Shown in pieces: positions 50,001-62,298 of a stretch of 64,000 nt of DNA. Where the stretch lies: positions 21,516,001-21,580,000 of the forward strand of contig NC_087250.1 of NCBI RefSeq assembly GCF_037042905.1, read 5' to 3'. Each line of letters opens with the position of its first letter. The stretch's first letter is position 1. The notes under the pieces were generated by a model. The model did no database searches. It worked only from the letters and a program-made list of their open reading frames with translations, and was not told the DNA's origin. The DNA is from Lytechinus pictus (taxonomy: Eukaryota). The position numbers and the translations under genes are program-made.

Positions 50001-51809
50001 ACTGTATGAAAGTGTGTATTTTGCTTTCATTGATTTAATTTATTGCATATTTTAATTTCCATGATTCATTTATTTGGGGAAAAACAATCAGTTCACACTT
50101 TTTTAGATTACATCATGGCAAATTGCCAATTACTATGGTCTCAGGAGTAAGCCACTTTCCCTCTATCATATCATCATGTCGGTGCAAACAACGCCCTTAC
50201 CAGCAGGCATAGGGGCATTTCTGCACCAATGGGGTGCACAAAAATGTTTTGCTAAGGGCGTTTTTGCACTGAAAGGACAAAATTTGAACTAACCCAAGCT
50301 ACATGTATGTATAGTTATGGGCTTGCATTATTTCCTATATTATTATTTTTTTATGGACAGGTTGATTATCAGAACTGAATTCAGAGCTGCTCCTGTCTGT
50401 AGTAAGATCATTTAGAGTGGACTTCAGAATGAGGGCGTTGCTTGTTTAAAATCTTCACTCCATGAAGCTCTCCAAATTCATCTCAAATTAGACTGCTTCT
50501 GGAAACCAGATTTGTTCCTTCAAGCAGAGACGCTTGTGGCTTTCCTGACTGGACTTCTATGGATTCTTCATGCCAACCTTAAGGACTGTGGTCTTCTGCA
50601 TGATACATCAATTTCAAACAAGACATTCTGTGGTGAAACACTTGATGTAGATGATATGAAATTTTATTTCATATAACTGAATCTCAGAAGTAATTCCTCG
50701 GGAGCAAGAAACATTGAAAAATAAAAATAAAAGGTCCATCAATAATGAATGTCTTGAGCAGTGTTCTTTTTTTGTGCACAGATCAATGGATCTTTTCAAG
50801 TCCAAGCAGGGATGTAGTCAATGCTGACCTCGAGGCAACATTTTGCTGGCCTTGGTCCGAGTCACTGTACAGAATCTATGGGAAGTTCTCTCAAGCTGCC
50901 TCATGACTCGGAAGAATCAGCCTCGACCTCATCCCTGTATGCAAGTGTGATATGTATCTACGATGCAATCTTATGATTAAAGAGAGCTTCAGATTTTGAA
51001 GTGTTACAGTAGCAATCTCCTGAAATGTATGTTTTATTTGAAAATCAAACTAAAATAACTTAATTGGGCATGTTATTCATTATGATATGTATGAATGAAA
51101 GCATTTAAGCAATTTAGTGCTCTTGCAAAATAAATTCTGAGTTGTATTTACTGCAAACCCTCAGATATATTTATAAGCATTTGCCAGTGCATGAAGTGTT
51201 TTAATAAAGAGTGGCTTTTGTGCCTATGGAGAGTTATTATTTCTTCAACATTTCTTCATACAAATTATTTCAGAAATCACAATTTGAATATTCCATGACC
51301 TCTGATAACAAGAGCAGAATATTTTTGGTGATTGACACACTTTAAAATGATATTAGGAGAGAATGTACTGAAATTGTGTGAAAATAATGGCATAATTGCT
51401 GAAGAGGCCTATAAAGATTGAAAATAACATTATTACAAGTTTTTCTTGAAAAAAACCCATGGAAAATTGAAAATGGCATAATTTACACAAGTTTTCAAAA
51501 CAAAATAAAAAAATAAAAAAAATTTTGCAGAATTTTTAGTACACAAGCCTATGGACAATCAATTGAACGTAAATCGAACGCAAATTTTGCGCGTCCTCCA
51601 AAATCTCACATAAGTTACGTTCGATTTGCAATCAATCGCAAAGCTTGCGCTTGATCTACGTTCAATTGATCAAACGCAACTTCTTCTTGCAACAGGATTG
51701 AACGTAACTTGCGTTCAATTGCAGATTTGCGTTTAATCGGAGGACTTACGCTCAATTTTGGGAGTTGCGTTCGATTTGCGTTCAATCGCAAGTTTCTTGC
51801 AACACCCCA
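47048..51809. mobile_element. 4.8-kb PIF/Harbinger-type element, no intact ORF
   Basis: taa|TGGGGTGTTGCAAGAAA ... TTTCTTGCAACACCCCA|taa; subterminal GATTGAACGCAA / TTGCGTTCAAT repeats. Confidence 0.85.
48378..48796. mobile_element. MITE with CCGGGGGG-type ends
   Basis: Direct repeat CTACTAT on both flanks. Confidence 0.65.
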
Positions 51810-53690
51810 TAAGTCTTTATGAAACAGGCCCGGATGCAAGCGATGACAGCTTACTTTTTATCCCCTCTCTATCTTTTTTTTTCTCCCTTTGTGGTATAGT
51901 AACAATTTACAACTTATTCTGATATGTACTTACCTCTATAACATTGGAAATCCAACAGTTTGAATATGATGTTAATAATTTCTTTATAATATGCGGCGGG
52001 TACAATAGACAACCACGGACCATGAAAACAAAGCAAACTCACACATCATGCAGTTCAAATCGACCAGTCATTTAACAACTGGTCATTTAAAACCATGCTG
52101 CTCCTCTTCATGTAGCAAAATGTCAGATTAAGAAAATATCGTACAGTCTACACGATAAAGTTGTAATATCGAATGAGGGCCAGTTTTAAAGTAAGGCTCG
52201 GAGCAAAATGATTTTTTTAGATTAACTAAAAGATCCGTACCTGATTTGTTCCTCACTTTAACACGTGACTTCATGCAAAGGATTTAACTCGACCAGTAAA
52301 ATTGGTTGCAGCATTTTCGTAACCAAATATGGTCAATTCATTTTGCATATCTTTTTAGGACACCAGGGTAAATAAACGCCCTCTATTATTAAATTAAGTC
52401 CCGTGAGGTTAAACAAACATCTACAGTGATAAACAAGATATAAATAACACCCGTTAACTCAGGGACGGATTCCCACCCCCTGTTCCCTACGATATAATTC
52501 ACACGTTATCAAAAAAAGTAGACACCCATCACTATTCTTTAAGAAAGAAGTTATAGCATCCAACTTAATTGTTTCTTTAACATGAAACAAGTGATAACAA
52601 ACAATACTAAGATGCATAATGGCGACACTCGAACTATTCATTAAAGATAATATCGAGGTATTCCACTTCGATTTTTTCATATTTTCAATCGCCAGAAATT
52701 TAGCGTTGATATAGTGAGAGACACCGTAGCAAGCCACGAATCAGCAACATCAATGAGCAAACATAATTTGGCTTTTGATTAGTTGAAGCTTATATATTAG
52801 CGCACCTTGTATGTAATCAATTTTCCAAAAGGTATTATTACACAACTCAGCCTTATGCACACATTATCTGTTTGATATTAGTCATGATTTTGAGTACAAT
52901 TATAGAGCTTGATAAGTATTTGAGAAATTGGGAATGTACCTATCACTGCATTTGAATATAATTAAAAAGAATAAGAGGTTAATTTTCGTTTTAAACAGTT
53001 TCTCAAAGAGGGAGGGGTGCTGGTGCTGAGTGAGTTAAAATCTCCCATATCCCTTTCGTCTTGGGGGTGTTTTTTTTTCGATTCGATTTGCATTCCTAAA
53101 AAAATAGAAATGATATTTTACCCCATTTTGCCCCTCTCGTAAGAAATAATGGATCAGCCATTGCGTCATACTCCAACCCCACCCTCCTTACACACCTCCG
53201 TGACATTAGCGTACACATGGGGCGGTTACAGGGGTTCAACCCCTCCATTTTTTGTATACCTGAACCCCGTTCTCCTCCCTAGAATTTTTTGAAAGACCTT
53301 CCTTTTTTTCTATTTATATATTTATTTTATTTTTTTGCTTGTCAAGTTTTTGAGGTACGAAACGACGTAAATTTAGTGGTGAAGACGTATTTTCTTGTCA
53401 ATTCTTGTTGGGGTAGGAAACAGCCTAAAAAGGTGGTGAAGACGCTTTTTTTTTGGTTGTCAACATTTCATTTAGCTTGAAACTTGTCCCCCTTCAAAAG
53501 AAAATCCTGCGTACGATACTGCTTCGTGATATGTTATGTTAGTCACAGGAACTACAGTTTTCGTTTTATCCTAATATCTCTGACTTAGACAACATAAATT
53601 GGACAGAAAAATCACAGATCGGATGCTTTACAGAGTTGAGTAAATATATATATTATTGTATTAATACCCACTTACCCATGTTAATGGTTA

Positions 53691-53856
53691 CACTGTACGA
53701 AAATGAAGTGCTAATTTAGCGCGTACAGTGCTTATTTAATGACTGCACTACGAGTGTTGATTTTCTAGTTTAAATTTGAAGTAGAAAATCAGCGCTCGTA
53801 GTGCAGTCACTAAATAAGCACTGTAGGTGCTAAATCAACACTTTCATTTGACAGTG
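53691..53856. mobile_element. Palindromic CACTG...CAGTG (EnSpm/CACTA-like) MITE
   Basis: Nearly the whole element folds back; TA on both flanks. Confidence 0.75.
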
Positions 53857-53974
53857 TATGAGTTATTTAAAATTTGTGAAATTGCCCCAATTACAATTAT
53901 ATGATCGAAAATACAGAATAAGCTGTTAAATTTCAGTAAATATATCCATCTATATTTATATATATATATATATA

Positions 53975-55197
53975 AAGAGTGAGTCAGAAAAAATGTCCCA
54001 CTTTTGTAAAGTTGAATTGTTTAAAATATGAATAATTAATCATTAGTTTCATGATATGTCTTGATAGAGGTATCCTCCCAGTACATTCAGGTACCTTTTT
54101 CATTTGATCCCCTGCACGCATGACTGAACAGCGGACAATCTTTAGAAGACTGTCAGATCTCACTTGCGCCAAGTTACAGGGTGCCATTCTTCGTTCGTGG
54201 TCTCTTGCCAGGAGCTCATGCCTACGTATCATCTGGTACGGGTGATATCGTACATCAAGCCGGGTGATACGGTTGAAGGTGCCCCAATACCTGCCGAACT
54301 GCATCGATGTTGGACTGACTCCTTGCTGTTCTGCGACGACCTGAATGCCCTGCGTTGAGGTTGGTACTCGTTCCTGTTCGGTGATATTTCTGAACATTCC
54401 GGAGAACAGTCTTTCTGCTGGGACACCGAACATCTGGGTAACGGCGGCGAAACCCTTGCAAAACAATTGCTACACTCTGAGTCCTTGCATACTCGGTGAC
54501 CATAAATGACCTATGTTGTGGTGTGAATTGAGGACGAACCATGATTCGTGTACTTTTGCTACTGTAAAAAGAGGCTCAAGTGACTGCTGCCAAATCAGGC
54601 AAGCCCTTTTATAGGCAAGTGCAACAAAAGCACAGACATCCATTGTAAATTTTCATTGTTAACCAATAAAAGACATAACCAGCATATTGGATTTATGTGC
54701 ACTTGATGATGATAATGAAGATCAAGATGATGGCAATGAGGATGATGATGATGATAATTATGATGGTGGTAGTGAATGTGTTTTAAGGGGAAAGATTGTC
54801 GGGAATTGCCACTTAAACATTCAGCGATCTTGCTAATAATCAATGCTTAATCAGAAAAGAGAAAATTATGAACCAGTTATTACCATGTGTGTTGTGTGTG
54901 TTAGGGTGTTCGCGTGTGTGTGTGTGTGTGTGAGCATGCCAGTATGTCTGTCTGTCTGACTGTCTTTGTCTAAAGCACTGTTTTATCATCACCCAGTAAC
55001 TTGGCGCAAGTGAGATCTGACAGTCTTCTAAAGATTGTCCGATGTTCAGCATGCGTGCACGGGATCAAGTGAAAATGGTACCTGAATGTACTTGGAGGAT
55101 ACCTCTATCAAGACATATCATGAAACTAATGATTGAATATTCATATTTTAAACAATTCAACTTTACAAAAGTGGGACATTTTTTCTGACTCACTCTG
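53975..55197 (-). mobile_element. Tc1/mariner-superfamily deletion derivative with ~210-bp TIRs, in a (TA)n tract
   Basis: AGAGTGAGTCAGAAAAAATGTCCCACTTTTGTAAAG mirrored at the right end; TA flanks. Confidence 0.9.
54185..54542 (-). pseudogene. Truncated transposase: N-terminal HTH (DUF4817-like) only
   Basis: MVRPQFTPQHRSFMVTEY...FRRRYP...KYHRTGT...SGRRRTARSQSNIDAVRQVL, frameshifting into TFNRITRLDVRYHPYQMIRRHELLARDHERR. No catalytic domain. Confidence 0.75.
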
Positions 55198-55360
55198 TAT
55201 ATATATATATATTTCCTGCTTTATTGCCTGCAATTTTTTGGTGAATATTATAGCCTTTTATAATTGTCATACCTCTTTGTTATTTCTTTAAAAAAAATCT
55301 CCGCGATCTGTCCCTTGAAACTCCGCATCAGTGGCAATATGTGGGGTGTCGTGGTATGTA

Positions 55361-55680
55361 GGGGCGTCGTGGTCAAGTGGTTATAACTGATGGACGTGGA
55401 TTCGATTCCAAGTCATGATGTGTTTTCCTTCAGCAGGAAATCTTCCCACATTGTATTGTACTCAACCTGGGTGGGTTTTTCAAAAAAAGCTGTTCGTATG
55501 TAAATTGTGATTTTTAGGAACGATTGGTGGACCTTTTTTAACCGCTAAATGATCACCGACGAATATCTGATGGTGAATATATATCACCACAAGGAAAGAT
55601 CACCAGTCATTCTTAATGTAACTCTTAACCTGTGGACAGCTTTATGAAGCGACCCCAAGGTGAGGTAAATGGGTACCGGT
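55361..55680 (+). mobile_element. tRNA-derived SINE interrupted by a small MITE (~55470-55655)
   Basis: A-box TGGTCAAGTGG, B-box-like GGATTCGATTCC, then ACTCAACC...GGTGAGGTAAATGGGTACC core. Confidence 0.6.
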
Positions 55681-56926
55681 GTCATAGGCGAATTGGACCG
55701 GGCAGCCGATCGGGGCCGGAGGAACTAGTATGATTAGTTCCGAATTATGTTGTGTGATGCGATCGTCATAGCCGATTTGTTCCGACCAGGCGATTTGTTC
55801 CCATACGCCGTTATTGCAACTTTGACACCCCTACAGCGAAAATGTGAAATTCCAGTCCTTTTCAACCAATTGGCTCCTCCAAATCAACCACACCCATATT
55901 ACAGAACTAGTATAGTTGCCGATTTGAGAAACTTATTTTGGGACATAGAGATGTATATATGGTTTGAAAATATATAATTCATGCATTATTTTAGCACACT
56001 TCCAATTGATTACAGCTGTGTGGGGCCGCAAAGCCATATTCACAATGAGTATTCCCTCTGTACGCCTGTGCTATTCGTGGTGTGAACTTCGATTTTGTAA
56101 AGATCTGGGTCTTCATTACTCAAGTAAGAATCCGGGGCAAGAAATAGGATTGGATAGCGACTGGTGTGTTGAGGGTGGGTGCGAGTAAACACTGGTGCGT
56201 GCTCACCAAAACCCCCCAAAGTAAGTAGAAAAGAAAAATATATATATCAATGAAATAGAACTAAAAGCTTAATAGTCCAACAAGGCTGCAAAACAGAGGG
56301 AACTCTCAGTGACACCTCATTGAGACAAACACACACACATGCACATTTTTTTTCTCTTTTTTTGAGGGGGGTGGGGCTTTCGGGGCTAATTAGCGCCCCG
56401 GGTAGTCCAAAAAGGAGGTGCCAAAAAAGGAGAAGGAAATAGATGAAAATAAAAGGGAGAGAAAAAAAGGGAGATTCGAAGAAGAGATCGCAAAAAATGG
56501 GGGAAAGTATAAAAGAGAAAAGGGGAAAAAAGGAAGAGGGAATTGAGAAGGGAGAGAAAAGTTAAAGACAAGGGGGAGCTCAAAAAAGGTTATAAAAGAG
56601 CGTGGGCGGCCATTTGAAGTGTGATCTGTAAGGAGGTGCCGAATTGATTATGTTCGACCTTTGGGCGGCAATTTTATGTTTGGCCTGGGGCGCATTCATG
56701 TTTCTAATGGTGGGGGGGGGGACAAATTTACATTAAATTACTTATAGGGGCATCAAATTGACCTGTATAAATGAGGGGCAGCCAAATTGACGGGGGGGGG
56801 GGGCTTTGGTGCTGACATAAGCAAACACACACACACAGGTGTATATACATTTTATTTATGACGACTCAAAACTGGTCGTAGCTTCTTACGATCATCAAAG
56901 CTTGGCGCAATAAGAGATACTAAGCA

Positions 56927-57450
56927 CCCAGGGGGGGGGGCATTCATAATGCATAGTGGGTATGTGCCGCGGAGGGGACCCCCATTTTTACACTCAAATG
57001 TCCGTTCGAAGGCATAGCATTTTTGTCTTATTGAGAAAAAGAACAAAGAAAGCCGCTCCAAAGCATAGTATTTTTCTTCTTATCGAGAAAAAAAGAAGAA
57101 AGAAATCCGCTCCAAAGCTTCGCATATTTTCCATTTTGCCGTTCCGGTCGCATTGATCTGCTACAATGAGCCGCAATTTTGGTGAAAAGCGGCAGCAGAG
57201 CGCTGTCCGACCATCGCCTCTGCGCTAGCGCACCCGGCGCCCGTGCGGCAGCCCCGCCGCCAGGCTAGCTGCATGCACGTTCCATAGGGATGCATACGCA
57301 TTCACACGCAGGCTACCCGTTCCAAGGACCACCGTTTCACAAACATTTGTAGTTCCGAAGCCCGTTCCGAGGACCCTCCTTTTTACAATAAGCCCGCTCC
57401 AAGGCCCCCGTATCTTGTCTCGCCCGCGAGTACCCCCCCCCCCCCCCGGG
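56927..57450. mobile_element. MITE with CCC(A/G)GGGGG ends
   Basis: Perfect 8-bp TSD ACTAAGCA. Confidence 0.75.
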
Positions 57451-60400
57451 ACTAAGCAGCTACAAGTTGTCATTATTTTTTCACTGATTATTAAAGTATG
57501 GCACCGACGTTCTGTCCGCGGGTCATTTCTCACGCTATATATTTCACCAAATTTATACATATGAAGAAAAAGGAGAATAATATAATCAGGGGCGGCGGAG
57601 CAAATCTGAAAGTGGGATGGGCACGGGGAAAGGGGGGGGGGCACTTCCTCTTTTGAAAAGTGAACTTAAAACAAAGAACAATTTTAAAAGAAAATAGTCT
57701 ACTATATATATCTACCCCAGTGGTATAATGAGGCAAAAGTTTTGAGGGGGGAGAGTTGGTGTACGAATGTTGACATATTTTAATAAAAAATAAAATTTGC
57801 GATATATATTTTGACACAATTTTCAGAGAATAATATATGTCAAAAGGTTTTTTTTGTGCAAACAGATAACCCCCATGCCTACGGTATATAGTGCAAGATG
57901 TTTTCTCATTAGATAAACAAATCAAGGTCCCTGTTTACAATCAAAAAGTAAAATATTGTTAAAAAACTAGCTCTATATATACTCCAAAAAAGAGACGTGG
58001 AACGGTATACCGTATTGTATGTCAACTGTCCAGCGCTGCAATATATGCACGTCGCGCATTACGAAAATGCCCCATTTGTTGTTCTACCGCTGTTGGGGTA
58101 TCAAACTGCGGTAATATACCCCAAAATACGTTTGAAAATCTCATTTCTCATTTGAACATTTCCAAGCCCCGATAAACCCATCTTGGCCAGGTAATCCCCG
58201 TTGTCTCAGTTTCACCTCCACAGGCCAGTAAAGCCAAGGACGAAATGATAAACAACAGCTGTGCTATTACGTAAGACTTCTCTGCCTGAAGAAGGAACTT
58301 CGGAATTAAATTATTGTCTTCGATATTTAATCACGTTTTCAAAGGCATATTGTATTCAGACATCCAATATTAGTCCTATTTCAATTTCGAACGAAGAAAA
58401 TCGACCTCGAAATAAGGAAAATAAGCGAATAAAAATTAGGTTATGCTTTGCATGCAGGGACTGCCCTTAAAGCGCTGCGCACACGATGCATCCCATAGTT
58501 TTTTTCCGTCCAGCAAGAAAATATGGGATGCATGCCGTTCACTCGCGCATTGATACAGTCCTGACGTTCGAAAAAAAAAGAAGTAATGGCATACCAACAT
58601 ACACAGTAGAATAATCATGCGGCTGATATGTATAAAAATATGAAATCATTATTTTTTTTACCCCCAAAGTCTTATTCATAATTTAAATACAAACTATGAC
58701 TGTAACTATCTTTTTAATCGCAAAAGTACCATTGTACCATATGTGGTTCTCCGGTAAATTGAACATGTGCGCTGCATCGTTTCCACTGTTTGTTTTGGAT
58801 AGTTTCACTTTTAGTTTCCACCATTAAATATTTAACGTAGATATGCTGTGCTAATTTTTTTGTGAGTCAAAATGTTCATCGTTGGAGAGCGAGTTCAGGC
58901 GATTGATGAGTTGGGAAGGTGGAGTGTGAGGTGATTAAAATTAGCGCCCTGTCCTTTCAGTCGGGAGCAAGAGAGAGAGAAATAGAGAGGGGGGGGGGGG
59001 TGGAAACAAATCTCAAAGAAAACCTGAAACCAAGAAAGGTATTTCAGAGGGAGGTTTACCGTATAGGCCTACACAGGATATAGGCCTACAAAATAAGAAC
59101 AATGATGGAGAGAAAGAACAACACTCAAAGAAAAGATCATCTGCTAATAATGCGTGTGAATTATAAAACGTTCTGATATAAATAGAACATTGAAATGCCA
59201 TCCAAACTTTACGATTCATAATGCTGGCCTGTGTATTTTAATGTTCTTTGTATATACCTCAACTTTGAGAAAAGGACATTAATAGGCCTACAGATATGAT
59301 TGGCAAATGCAGGTTCTTTAGAGGTGTAAAAAGGGGGTGGATGAATAAAAATAGTCCTAGAAAGAAAAAAAAACAGCCAGACAGAAAGAAAGAAAGAAGG
59401 AAAGAAAGAAAGGAAGGAAGAAAGAAAGAAAGGAAGAAAGAAGAAAAAAAGTTGCACTTCACCGCGTGTATACACGGAACTCCATAGCAGGCTCTTAGAC
59501 CAAGGAGTTAGAGTGATATATCTCCTTGCTTAGACACGTTGCAATCCATCGTGCCGTGTGACCCCCTGCTGTGCTGGGCTGTCGCGTTATCTTCAGACCG
59601 AGGTCAAGAAACATGTGTTTTGATAATTAAATTTCTTGCTTGAGGGAATGGAGAAGAGAATTGGTGAAAACGATTTGGGGTATAGCGATCCTAAATGGAG
59701 GTTTTTCGTCATGGCGTGCGCAAAAAAAGTGTAGCCTATTGGTACCGTACGAGGCTGAAATACCTCTTTAATATCTAGACCAACATTTTGAATTTTAGAC
59801 AGGATTATAGAAATAATCGATTTTGTTATAATATGTAAATCACATTAAAAATTACTACAAGATTGAAACATTTGAGCAAAACAAATATTTATAGAATATA
59901 GTTATTATCTTTAAACAGAATTATAGAAATCATTATTTCTAAGATAATATTGAAAATACGTTAAAAATTACACAGATATATTTTGAAACATTTATAAAAG
60001 TAAATAATTATAATATCTACCTTAGAAAGATTTGATAAATGTGGAACCAAACGGCGGCTCTCCTATCGTTTCGGCCAAAATTTGAACCAGTCATTTGGAT
60101 CTGGCGGGCCCGAACGACTAGCCGTTTTGTACTGGCGGTACTAAGCAGCTAGCCGTTTCGGACCGCCGGTACCCGGGCCAATTCGCAGTGCGTAATTCCT
60201 CAACCATCACTGACCTTATCACGTGGTTGATCTCTGTCATGACCCTTCCTAATGATAACACAAAAAGTCGCCATTCATCGGGTCACTAATCGTAACACGA
60301 ATAGATGATTTTATTCATAAGGATCTCTGTTCTAAATATTTGAGTAGCTTGACCGTAATAAACCTCAATATGGGACGACTCGGTGTTCTTAACACAAACT

Positions 60401-60997
60401 AGTGTTCATAACACATATAACCTAAACACTGAACTCTTACAGTGCATTTTATCCAGTTCACTTGGAACGATTTTTGTAGAGAGGTGCTGGTTTGGGAAAA
60501 ACTGACATTTTTGTCCGAAAAAAAATATTGTCGGGCATAAAAAAAAGAGAACAAAGGCTTTCAATCATTTCTGTAATAACGTTACAAAGTAACGATAATA
60601 ATCAAAACAATACTACTACTACTAATAATAATAAAGACTGATTTAAAAACACTTTACAATTATTGAGTTCCTTTTGCATGTTAGTTTTCAACTGAAGGGA
60701 CATAAGAATACGCATCAGTGATTGTAAGACAATTCATTAAAATTGTTTCTTAATAAACATAATAATTCAATGAAATTACATCCGGAAAACGTATGGTCAA
60801 CAATATTGATAATTAGGTTTCTTCAAGTAAAATAGTTTATGACGCCTTCACATCAGCGAAACATATTATTGATAGTGTTCTGTTAAAGTCTACCCGTAGA
60901 TTTTGACACTGCGTAGAATTTAACAAGCTAGGCAAACGGTACAATCTGAATTATAATAGCCGTTCTGTGATGTACAGATACATTAGGAAACGAAATA

Positions 60998-62298
60998 CAC
61001 TACTAAAAAAAAGTTAAGGACCACTTTTTAAAACGTACATAAAGATTTTATACAAGGTGTTTTATTTCTGGAAATACCTCAGTACAACTGTCCTAAATGT
61101 CCTTAAACACGCTGTAATCAATTTCACGCATGGGTGGTTTCAGTTGTTGCACAATGTCTCTCGCATCACTGCACATCCTGAAAAGTGGGCCCCGAGGGGT
61201 ATCAGCTACCGACATGAAGTGGTAAAAACGAATGTCTGAGTGTCTTTCAGGCAGTTCAGTAACGAGTGTGACCACCTCCTGCAGCAATAACGGCTTCACA
61301 GCGCTGTCTCATGGAGCTGATGAGGCGATTGATGTCTCTGACGTCCAGTGCATCCCATGCAGCCTCCAGAGCCACACCCAGCTGCTGCAGTCCAAGTGGA
61401 TGGGCTTCGAGCTGCTCGAGACTCCTCCCCATCATGTCCCAGACGTGCTCTATCGGGTTTAAGTCCGGGGACCTCGCTGGCCACTCCATACGCTCAATCC
61501 CCTGGCCCTCAAGGAACTCGGTCACCACCCTAGCTCGGTGGGCACGGGCATTGTCATCCATGAAAATGATGTTTTGTCCCACATTTTCTGCAAATGGCAC
61601 CACTATAGGTTCAAGGACCTCATCCCTGTACCTCACTCCTGTCATTGCTCCCCCTGGGACCACGTAGAGACGAGTACGGTTGGCGTAGGTGATGCCTCCC
61701 CACACCATGATGCTGCCTCCCCCATAACGGTCATGTTCTGCAATACAGGGGTCTGCAAATCTCTCTCCTGGTCGCCTCCAGACTCTCGAACGTCCATCAT
61801 TGTGGTCAAGGGAAAATCTGCTCTCATCTGTGAACAGAACTCTACGCCATTGCTGTCTGGTCCATCTGACATGCTCCCGGGCCCAGTTGAGACGAATTCT
61901 TCTGTGAGCAGGGGTGAGTGGGACACACTGAGCTGGCCGTCTGGCATGCATATTGGCTCTGTGAAGTCGGTTACGGATTGTTTGAGTGGAAACAATCACT
62001 CCAGTTGCTGCAGCGAAGTCATTGTTGAGGCGGCGTGCACTGTGAAAGCGGTTGCGGAGGCTGAGATTCGTCAAGTAGCGATCATCTCTAGGGGTTGTCG
62101 AAACTGGTCGGCCACTGCGGGGTCTCTCGGAGTATAGCCCTGTCTCTCGGTGTCTTTGATTTGCTCTGCTAATGACACTGTGTGACACGCCCATCATTCT
62201 GGCTACTCTTCGCTGACTGAGGCCAGCTTCCAGCATCCCTAGGGCTCTGGCTACTGGCTACGTTTTAAAAAGTGGTCCTTAACTTTTTTTGAGTAGTG
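60998..62298 (-). mobile_element. Tc1 transposon, 1.3 kb
   Basis: 40-bp TIRs CACTACT(A/C)AAAAAAAGTTAAGGACCACTTTTTAAAACGTA with one mismatch; TA TSD. Confidence 0.95.
61256..62236 (-). CDS. Tc1 DD34E transposase (probably lacking its extreme N-terminus)
   Basis: 326-aa ORF with GRP linker, VLFTDESRF, FMDDNARAH and SPDLNPIEHVW; 34 residues between the second D and the E. Confidence 0.93.
   Translation of the reverse strand: MLEAGLSQRRVARMMGVSHSVISRANQRHRETGLYSERPRSGRPVSTTPRDDRYLTNLSLRNRFHSARRLNNDFAAATGVIVSTQTIRNRLHRANMHARRPAQCVPLTPAHRRIRLNWAREHVRWTRQQWRRVLFTDESRFSLDHNDGRSRVWRRPGERFADPCIAEHDRYGGGSIMVWGGITYANRTRLYVVPGGAMTGVRYRDEVLEPIVVPFAENVGQNIIFMDDNARAHRARVVTEFLEGQGIERMEWPARSPDLNPIEHVWDMMGRSLEQLEAHPLGLQQLGVALEAAWDALDVRDINRLISSMRQRCEAVIAAGGGHTRY

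Noticed and set aside
55361..55415. tRNA gene
   Set aside because: A/B boxes present but no complete cloverleaf; continues into a SINE body.
61232..62137. Plus-strand and alternate-frame ORFs overlapping the transposase
   Set aside because: Shadow ORFs of the GC-rich Tc1 coding sequence.
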